Assembly: GCA_002269645.1 (NCBI GenBank)
Contig: NIVC01001519.1
Span: 186,001 to 250,000 of the forward strand
Direction of reading: 5' to 3'
Length of the DNA: 64,000 bases
Source: Macrostomum lignano
Lineage: Eukaryota
Below are positions 46,956 to 57,600 of the stretch, piece by piece; position 1 is the first letter of the stretch; each line of letters opens with the position of its first letter. The notes beneath the pieces are model-generated. The model was not told the origin of the DNA. It worked only from the letters and a program-made list of their open reading frames with translations, and ran no database searches. The position numbers and the translations under genes are program-made.

Positions 46956-49900
46956 GCCTGCCAGCAGATGACCTCTTGGTAGAGTTGGAAAGAAAAATTG
47001 ACTTTACAATAAGATTGCTTCGGCTAAAGAATTCACTTGATGTGACAAAAACCTGTTGATCAATTTTATTAACAAACTCATACTATCATGCTTTAATCAG
47101 AGTTGGCGAAGGTCTCATCCAAAATCTATGGATTGGCTGGTGCAGTCTGTGTGCTCATGAAAGGATATTATTTTAATGTCAAACATTTTTAACTTTTATT
47201 TTATTATACAAATAATAGAAAAGCAAGCTAACTAAGGTAGACTAGGTATACTTGTATAATCAAAGATTATCTTTTAGGTCCTAAAATATGCTTGAATATC
47301 TGCCCACTGATGGTATATTAGTATAGAAGAAACCAATCATCAAATATTGAAAGGATAGTAGGGTACATTTTATAACGACTTTGGACAAAATATGTATTGA
47401 AGAAACCTTATAGCATATATTCTTGATTTCCATAATGGGTCACAAAGTGACAAAGCTTTAATTTATCCTTCTTGGCTTTTATTAGAGGGGCTTTTATTAT
47501 AGGTATGAGTAAGGTTGATATTCAATTTAGATAAAAGTACTCTTGTTAAATTTATTTATAGATTCATTTGATATGTTTAAATTAGGGCCTATATAGAGTA
47601 TCTAAAAAAGAAAAACTGTTTTTATTTTTGTTCACACAAAATTTTCAGTACTTTTAAATATATATCTATAATGTGTATTTAGCATATAAAATGAATATCC
47701 ACTTTGATAACTAAAACTTTGAAAAAAACCACATAGAAAAAATAGCAACTTCAATAAAAATTTTGTAGCAAATAATTTATAAGCTTTGTATTTAAAAAAT
47801 CTATAATAAAAATGTTACTAATGACAAAATTTATTAAATAAAGCATAATAGTATTATAGTATAATATATCTTATTAAAATACATGGTCAAAATGTGCTTA
47901 ATAAATATCTTAACTATGCTATATCAATAGAGCAATTGGGAGCTCACAACTTTGGATTTTATATAAGGACTATGTAATAGTCTATTATTTGTAACAGTTA
48001 TCCATGTATTATATGTCTATATATAAATATTAGTTTTTATATAAAAAATAGTTAACAATAACCATAGTTAAATCTATGCAAAAACTATAAAATAATGTTA
48101 TAGTTGTTTTAAAAAGCAAAAAACTTTGATAACTATTTTGATAATTATTTTTATTATAAACATTTCTCCCAAACCTTATATACTAGACTATGTAACAAAT
48201 ATACATGACAATCATGGCAAATAAACTAGACTACTTTTATTTGCAAATTGTTTCATTTATATTCTGACTCATAGTCATACAAACTTACTTAGAAATATTT
48301 TAACAAGTTATTCACTTTGGACTAAATAGGGCTTGAAGTGCTAATAAAAATACTAAGAGAGAGAATTAGAGTTATACAAAAGAAGTTTAGAGAGTAATTT
48401 TGTGAATTTCTAGTCTAGGCAATGTCTAAAGGACTAGAAAAATATATAAGACCACTTATAGGCTTTTTATATTACTAATTCCAGAACCAGAATCAGTTTG
48501 AAGTTTTACAGATTGTTTGTTCTGTTTTCAAAATCGGTTCTAGAACTGTAATCCAATTCTGGAATTTGGTTCAAGAAATTTTCTCAATCTATTGTTATAT
48601 GTCTATAGTCTAGAAACAATAGGATGAATTTGAAATAAAATTTCAAAAAGAATACTATTTTGTCAATTTTAAATAATGTTTTTATCTTTTGAAAAGTAAT
48701 ACATTTAGACAGAAATAGAATAAAAAGATTCTATGCTTTTCATTTTCCTACTGATTCTGGTTTTGGAGTCAGAATTATTTTGGTTCTAGACTCCCATAGT
48801 TTTTAGACTTCCCATACTTCTAAGACCAGAGTTATAAAGTACAATAGAGAAAGTGGATTTGGGACAACTTTGATAGCAGCCATAGTCCAGATCATGTTTA
48901 GTATATGCCAGAATGCTCTAAACCAATGCATGCCAGTGCCAAGTAGATGCATGCCAGTGCCAAGTAGATGCACACTAGCAAGCAGAGACTATGTACACCA
49001 AACTAATATATTATAGAAAAACATATAATTTTTTACATTTAAAAATGACTTCAAAAAACTAAGTTTGCAATGTTTTTTGAAACTTTTGTAACATGCAAAT
49101 ATATAATGTTTCTTTTTTGTAGAATAAAATTTACTTATCATTTAGCAATAAAAAAGTATGAATTATTGTTTTCACAACACCATGTCTTTTCACAAACTTT
49201 TGTCTCAATAAAACATGCCCAATATCATGCCAGGCCACATTCTATACTAGCTATTCTATACCATAGCATGCCAAGATACCACTTTTGGTGTGTAATACCC
49301 AAATACACACCAATGCACGCTATAACTTTTAGGCCAAATCAAATGCACACTAGAATTTTCTGGCATGATATATGCTTTCTGGCATATAGGATAGAAGCTA
49401 TTTTCTATGATAAAGTTATAATGCTTATTAGGAGGGGGGAGGGGGCTTATAGCTAATGGCTTAACAATGGGATTTAATGTAAAGATATCTAATATCAATA
49501 TATAATATAGGCTACTATGTTAGGGTATATATATTCTCCATAGTCAGGAAGATGGCCTTTGCCATAGAAAATTCTGATGCATACAAGGGGTTTAAGATGC
49601 ACTTGGCACATAATCATAGCCTATTGAAGAGGTCTATATTCTACAATGCTTTTGGACTCTTGGTACATAATCATAGTACACACAAAAAAGTTCCTCTCCT
49701 TCCTGATGCAGTGATGCACTTGGTACATAAAAACTAAAAAGTTTTATAAATAGTATATAAAATATGAAAAATAATAGGCAGTGCTTATCCCCATGGTACC
49801 GTAGGAATAATTTCTGTCTTTTTCCAATGGTACCGTGGGAATAATTTTCTACTTATCCGCACGGCACACTGATGAGATAGCTGCCCTATCTTCTACATAT

Positions 49901-50263
49901 GCTGTGGGAATAATTTTCTGCTTATCCGCATGGCATACTGATTAGATAGGGCGAATTGTTAAAGCAATGCAATTGCATATATCTATACAAACAAATTGCT
50001 AATTTACATGTCTAGTAGAAGTCTACAACAGAAGCGGCAATGCACTTTTCGGTATGATCTCGGGATTATACTTTGCTAAAAATTCAAATAATAAACAATT
50101 ACTAGAGCAATATACCTTAAATCATACATCATAAATACAAAAAAAGTTTTTTTGCATAAAAAGGCAATTAAATCTTTACTTCTATAAAACTAATGGCCAA
50201 GCAAAGTTATGTTATTATACTGCACTTAAACCGTAAGTACTAAACTAAATTATTCCCACAGCA

Positions 50264-50542
50264 CCTGATTGCAGCGCATGGGCATTTTGGCGGACGGCGT
50301 CCGGCGCGGATCTAATACGGCGCGGCGCGGCGCGTACGGCGCGCGGCGATTAGTACGGCGTGGCGCGGTACTAATTAGATGCCGAGGCATTTAGGCTTGA
50401 TAAGACAGTCATAGTTACTCCTGCCGTTTACCCAAAACTGCGTTAATTTTGCTTTAGAGTTTCTTTCATAGGTAAGTCATTTCACAGCGTGGCGCAGGTT
50501 GTGTAGGCGTCTGGCGTACTTAAGCCATGCGCTGCAATAGGG
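50264..50542. mobile_element. 279-bp MITE nested in the right TIR of the MULE-like element
   Basis: 8-bp TSD CCACAGCA at 50256-50263 and 50543-50550; TIR core ATTGCAGCGCATGG; CpG-rich GGCGC repeats. Confidence 0.8.
50370..50433 (-). other. 28S rRNA-like 64-nt segment (H69-H71 region / R2 target), copy 1
   Basis: Minus strand GGGTAAACGGCAGGAGTAACTATGACTGTCTTATCAAGCCTAAATGCCTCGGCATCTAATTAGT; 54/64 identical by eye to the conserved eukaryotic 28S sequence as I recall it. Confidence 0.8.
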
Positions 50543-51099
50543 CCACAGCATATGTAAAAGATGAGGCAGCTATCTCGTCAGTGTGCCATGCGGATAAGTA
50601 GAAAATTATCCCCACGGTACCGTTGGAATAAGACAGAAATTATTTCTACGGTACCGTGGGAATAAGCACTGCCAAAATAATAATATGACAATACTCAATA
50701 GGTCTATTTAAGATAATTAGGCTTACTTATTTATAATAATATAAATATGTATGGCTATGAATGTCTATTTTTTAATTTTAACAATTTAAAAAGTATAAAA
50801 GCACCTTTTTTTGTAAGGTTTAGTTTAAAAAAAACGATTACTATAATTATAAGAATTATGATAGATTAGATTTTTAGTTTGAAGTTTGTTGTTATCATTG
50901 TAATAAAAGGCTAAAAATGTTTTTTTATGACAAAGAAAAAGTAAGCCTAGGGCCTATTTTTCTTTTCTTTCTAGTTTATACTTAAAAGCCTTTTTACTGA
51001 TTCATAATTTAAGACTTTAATATTGCTAACATACGCCTAAGCCCTAACTAAAGGCTAAAGTAAGCCAGTCTGCCAGTTGACGGTAGGCCTAAAGAAAGT

Positions 51100-51600
51100 T
51101 TAAGAGTTTACACGTGTGGCCGCATCCCGTGACCTATTAATTAAGCTCTACACCTGGACCTACACTTGTGACTCATCCTGGCATGCATCCCTGGCATGTC
51201 TGAAAGCCATGTAGTAAAATGTTTACTACAAACCAACCAAAGTGACTTTAAAGCATGTAATGTTGACGAGCTCACTTTTGATGCCTTTCCAAGAACAATT
51301 TTAATTACAAGTTAAACTTACACGTTGTGATATATAACAAAGTTTGCATTCTCGTATTCTACAAAGAGAATATAATATCAAAATATTATTAATGTTAAAA
51401 AAAAAACTTTTTTAGCAATAAGTATATGAATTTTAGATTTAATTTTATCTTACTAAAAATCACTTCTAATTTGATTTTCTCTAATTTCGTTGAAAAAACA
51501 CCTGGAACGCGGGACGAGCAGCAGTGTGCTAAGTGCCGGTTTAGTTTGTCTGGCGTACTACTACCAATAGTTTTTTGACTTTACGTCTACAGTGTTCTTA
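51100..51600. promoter_or_regulatory. Candidate bidirectional promoter between the CHD (-) and Sac1 (+) genes
   Basis: CpG-retaining patches not assigned to a TE, including CACGTG at ~51110, just upstream of the Sac1 ATG. Minus-strand GTAAGT donor at 51321 fits a CHD 5' UTR exon. Confidence 0.35.
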
Positions 51601-51656
51601 TATTTAGGCCCAACAATAAGACTTGATATAAATTGCGCACACTATATCAGTGGGTC

Positions 51657-54600
51657 ATGATTTATGAGCAGCTTCAGTTGTAAGTAAATGCATCATGCAT
51701 GTCTGTGTGAAATGTTGTCACTTAAAGACTAAAGTTTATTTCAATCGCAATAGGCCTATGCTTATCGAAGTTATCAAATAATTTTCAGCTTTTCTAAAAT
51801 ATCTGAATTTTTTGTTAGTTAGTCAAAAAAGCTTTACTTTTCTGTGCCATTATCTGTATGGATGGTAGGCCCCTAGGCCTATTCCATAGTCTAGATCATG
51901 GCAGGTGTATGCCGGAATGAAAATTCATTCATTGATGAATGAATGAAAGTTACTCTGAAAAAGTAACTTTGGTTAAGTAACTTCTAGTTCCAAAGAAAGT
52001 AACTTCTGACACTTGTTCTAGTACCAGTACTTTAAAAAAAGTAGGCCTAACTTCTGGTACTTCCATTACTGGTCCTTTCTAATTTCAAACTGCCAATTAA
52101 AAAGTACTTAAACATGTCTTCATGAAAAAAACAAAAGCATGTATTAGTCTAGAGTAAAACATGATGTTATTTCTCAAATAAAGATGCTACATGTTTTATT
52201 ATTATTATCACATCCAAAATGTGAGTGAATAAAAAACACCTTTACAAAACAAAGATCAACAGTATATCAGGATGATTCACATAAAAAATTTAGAGGCTGA
52301 TTTTCAAATATTGTTTCTGATTCTTCAGAGAAGTATATATGGAGATCATTTTTGTCCAATAGATATGTCACAATGATCAGTGTAGAATACTTTAGGCAAC
52401 TCTTAGTTTGTGTAAGCCATTCTCTTGTCACCCTACTATATATATTATTGTGCTATAGTCTTATAGCAGCTATATTTTTACAGTAGTATAAGTATACTTT
52501 TGTACTGCTGACTCATTTAGAATCAATAATAATATTCTAGGAGCTTTAGAAATGCCAGTTAATAGTTAACAAAAGAGATACTAGACAACAAATGGCCCCT
52601 ATTGGAATAAGTGGTATTTTCGCGGACGGCGTCCGGCGCACTTTTTCTTTTTCCTCATAGTCATGGCGCATGGCGCGCTACGCGCGCCATGCGCCATGAC
52701 GCACAGCAGCTCACAGGTAAGATGCAAGGAGGACATCACGCGCTACATACAGCGCTGCTGAACAAGGATGAGAAGCATGCACAGGAGAAAGTCAGCAGCA
52801 CGGTGGAAATTCAGCAAACTGTAAGTAAAACTTGTTTTTCTAATTTCTATAACTTTGATAATATTGCTATGGGCTATAGTATAGCATATCTCCTATCATA
52901 TGTATTGATTGCTGTGTCATCTAGAATATGCATGCAAGTTAATCGTAAAATTGGAAATTGTAGTTGAAAGATCGCAGCAGAAATGTTCTTTATTGCCTCA
53001 TAAACATTATAACATAGTGCCAAATGCTAATTGCTCTTAATGTTCTCTTATAACGCAGTTGCAAGAAATAAAAAAGTAAACTAAATTCTATTAAAAGTCT
53101 CAACAAATTTTCTGCTTTGTTTAATTATCTTTTTGATTGGTTGCGCGTACATTTATTTATGCTGACATTTAAATGTGAAAATATTCTTCGAAACACCATG
53201 CTAAATAGTTATCAGATTTGATAACCCGACCCAAGCCAAAGTGCTACAACTACTACTGAAAAAGTGTGTGGATAAGGCAAAGACAATTTTGTTTGTTCGT
53301 GAACTCTGTGTTGTTCATCACGGAGTTTCTTCATTTTGTATTAACCGATTAGCCAAATAGAAGTAAAGGGTTTCAGTGTTCGTAATTATTTTAAGTACTC
53401 ACTGATGCAATTGCCACACTATTTACATTATTTATTTTTCTTTGAATAGACCAACAATGTAACTTTGTAAGTCAAAAGACGAGTAGACTAAGAATTAAGA
53501 AATAGATACAACTACAACAGAAGGGGGCAGAAGTACAGTACAGAACAGAGTGCAGTAAAACACAAGTGCGGTAAAACACACAACTTTCTCTCAATCTCTT
53601 TAAATCTCTCAAAAACGAGTGATGCATCATCAGAATGAACATGATAGAGACTGGAGTCATGCACAATATCACCTAAACCTAGAGTGCTATGGCACCCTAG
53701 GATTTGAAGATTTGAATGACACATCGTCCATACCACCTTAGGATTTGAAGATTGTCATGACGCACCGTCCAGGCCACTTTATGATTGCCATGGCGCACTA
53801 GATGCACTGTCCACAGTGTCTGAAAACTTATTCCAATAGGGCAAATGGCTGGAAATTGATAGATGGACCAAAGCCTCAAAGGAGTTAAAACTCAAAACCT
53901 TCTTAAAATGTATAACTTATGTCATCTTACATGAACATTGAAAGGAAGAAATTGCAGCCTTCAAAAAATGTTCCACGAATCACAAGTGTAGTGTCCTAAT
54001 GTATTGCTAGTTATGCTTGTTAAAAAACTTGCAGAGTTATTAAACAAGGATTTTTATTGTTTTGAATGTGGCATGTTTCAGCAATAGTAGTACCAAAATA
54101 ATTTCTTCATTCTATGATTCTATATGATGCTTAAAATGTGCTTTAACTAAAAAAAAACCACCTGATCTAGGATCATCATTTTTACCTTTTTGTCATTATA
54201 CTACAAGTATTTTGGTGAAATTTTTGCACTTTTAGGAAATATTTAGGGCTAAATTGATTGTTTGGCACCTAAAATTTTATGTTCAAGTACTAGAAGACCA
54301 GACTTATCAAAAAGTAACTTCCATTACTAAAGTCTGGCATTCTAAAAAACAACCAAAAAAAGTGCCACTTTAAAAAAAGTAACTTCCAGTTACTAAAATT
54401 GCCAGAAGTACCAGAACTTTGCTCAACACTGGTTCCCATTGTGTTTTTGTCTAGGCCTAGTTTTTTTACCATTTTATTGCATCTGCTACTTGAGATAAAG
54501 CCTAACCACACTGCCAATAATGATGGACCAAATGTGGATTTTTGTAAGTTTCTAAACCCAAATCCAAATCCAAATATCCAACTGTAAGCAAAAAGTACGG

Positions 54601-57600
54601 TAAACACTGGGAGTAACTAAAAGACGTTTACTTTACAAAAATGTCTCATCATCTAATTAGTGATCTATTTATATGAATAATATAGACCTAATAAAATAAC
54701 TGATAAGATTCTATCTTAGGCTTATATATTATTATTATTAGGTCTATATCTATCACCATACATGCGCAACCTCCAAAATTCAGTCAGCCATGCGACTTAG
54801 TTTTAACAAAAATGTGACGTAGTTTTTGGCCAAAAATGTGACTTACCTATGAAAGAAACCCTAAAGCAAAATTAAAGCAATTGTGGGTAAACAGTAGGAG
54901 TAACTATGACTGTCTTATGAGGGCTAAATGCCTCATCATCTAATTAGTATTACATCTGTATTCTTCGGGGTAGGCATTTTTGCGACTTACCTTGGTTGGC
55001 TGCCAAATCGTCGGCTGGATCGGCCGACTCGGCCAACTGTTGCGCATGTATGTCTATCACTATCTAGTATCTAGCAAAACCAAATGATTCAAAAGTTTTA
55101 TTTCTTTTACATTTGCATTTGTTTTGGTTTCTTGACTTGTTTTTTATGTGTGGAAGCTCATTTAAAATATTTGGAAACATTTCTAAGTTTGAAACATTTA
55201 TAGCCATAGGCCTATTTCTTAAAAATTGAGACACTTTTTAGATTTGGATTCTGAATCCAAATGTTTGTATCCATCAGTAGCTTAAAATTTAATGCCAATA
55301 GATTTTAACTGTACATAAAGGTAGGGACTCCAATGAGTGTACCATAAGCTATTAATTATATGAAAAATCGTAAAATAGGGTTTTTTATTAATGAAATTGC
55401 CAAGCATAAAAAACATTTTTAGCAAAAACAAAATATACATGTTAAAGAAGAGTTTATACTTGTTCTAATTAGATAAAGAAACAAAAATATATATACATTA
55501 TATGCCAAATAGTATCCCACTGAACTTTGTCTTTTTGTATACACTCATTTTGTTAAAATAATTGGTTTCTAACAAAAAAAACAAACTTTCAAAAGTCACT
55601 TTTTGTGGCAACAAAATATAAATATTTAGTGATACAAGCAAATATATTGGGTAACTTTTTCTACATCTTGAAAAAATTTTTTTTCTCCCTATTTAGACAG
55701 TATAAAAAAATAAAGTTGAATAAAAATTGTGCTTGCATTTCCAAAGCTTAGTAAAACCCAGATATGAATGCTATTCCAAAATGTGATTACATAAGAAAAA
55801 ACTGCACATGTCTATCTATATCCACCAAAAAGTTATTGGGACCTATTTTTGCCTATCTCCTCAGTGTAAAATAGATTTGTTTTAAGTCAAAGAGCAGAAT
55901 TTTTCTAGCAAGAATTCCTAAGACTATTATTTTACTGTATTTAATAGAGGAACTTATAGGAATTCTTCATATCACTTTTTTTCTTTCTGCATATATCTGC
56001 TAAGGACCAGCAGCAATGTTTGCTTTTAGTAGCTATACTACTTATATGCTACTTATATTGATTTTTGAGTTTTCTTTGGTTTGTTACTAAACAGTAAAAT
56101 GTCATAGACTCTTAGATAACAATTTGACAAAGTTAGCAATCTCCTTTTTTGTGTCAGAAGCATGCAATCACAAGTTCTTTTTTTCAAAAAATATGTACAC
56201 ACACACTACTTACATGCTACTTATATAAAAAGTGGGTTGTTATAGCTTTTCTTTACCATAAAGAAGGACTTTTACCATTGCAAATTTGTCTATAGGTAAT
56301 ATAATTCAAATAAATGTATGTTTCAGCTTATTGAGCTATAGCAATTGCAATCACAACAAGTGATTGATGCTTTGAATGCATGTAACCTTGGTCTGCAATG
56401 CAAACTCTCATAAAGTGAACTGAATTTCATAAGAAATTGTGTTTATTCAATTTGTATATTTAATAAGCAACTTAAAAATATACAATTTTAAGTACAATAT
56501 ATTTTAAATACTTCTTTACACTTTCGTGTAGATATGAAAGTTCATTAGCAGCTTTACTCATACACAATATAAAATTTTACAATAGGAGGCTCAATACAAA
56601 AATATACAATACATTAGTCTATCAACAATCATTTATCTATATATTTTGCATTTAAAAAGCAAAGCAGACAATATATATTGTGTATGTAATGAAAATAAGC
56701 ATTAAATATAAAACATGCTAACTTCAGTCTTTAGTTGCAGCTAATCAACAAGCAAAAATATTGGGAAAAATGAAAAAAGCTTTTGAATAAACCAAAGTAC
56801 ACAATGAAAATTTTCATATGTTTCTCAATAAATAAAACAAATCAAACTTGATATATGTTCATAAGTCTAAAAATTATAATCATTCAAAGTTGAAAAATGT
56901 GCAAATTTAAGATATGCTATTAAGTTCCAGTAGCAAAAAAGTCACCAAATTGGGTGAATTTTTTAACCCTTGCCAATGTATAGGCAAAAGAGGTATAATA
57001 ACATATACTTTTATGTGTTGTAAAGCAAACAAAAAAAAAGATTTCAGAAAAAGCAAATAACTTTTAAATAGTAGCCATTTGAAATTTTCATTTTGCTCTA
57101 TTTTTGATGTGCCCTTTTCACTTTTAAAAAATTCAAATGCAAACCCCAAAAAAGATGCATTAAAAAGAATAAAAACAATTTGCTAATCTTATTTAAAACT
57201 GATTGATCTTTAAAATGATACCAGACTCAACATTATAAGTTGAATAGCAAAAAAGATATGACAACAAAAAGTGAAAAATTTTGTTTTCATACTTCCAATG
57301 GCAACAACCTATAATGTATTTTTCCTATCTAAAAAAATTGTAACTGGACAAAAAATGCTATAACTTTTTTATTATTTAACCAGATCTTGGTACTAACCCA
57401 GATCTAAAAATATAGCAAAGAAACTGCATTTGTTTCAACCTCTATAATAAAGATCAATTGACTTTTAGCTCCTAGAGAGCTACTAAAGTTTGGTATAATT
57501 AGGCTTAATTACTATTCATTATATAATTTTTTTATTTTGGTCGCTATAGTATCATGACATAATATGCCTGTAGTCTTTTTATGTATGCATTTAGTAGGCC

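Larger units (their letters stand above)
49777..50673. mobile_element. Mutator/MULE-like MITE with ~140-bp TIRs
   Basis: TIR GGCAGTGCTTAT(C/T)CCCA(T/C)GGTACCG...; 9-bp TSD AAAATAATA at 49768-49776 and 50674-50682. Confidence 0.85.

Noticed and set aside
49869-49894. CTGATGA followed by a GATAG/CTATC hairpin (hammerhead-like)
   Set aside because: No GAAA after the stem; it is part of the MULE TIR.
52696-52820. MADF/Myb (Harbinger ORF2) assignment for the short frame
   Set aside because: Resemblance is limited to a terminal W-K-F, and the 8-bp TSD does not fit Harbinger's 3-bp TSD.
50370-54948. Annotating the 28S-like segments as rRNA genes
   Set aside because: Only 64 nt each, with no flanking rDNA; reported as mimics instead.
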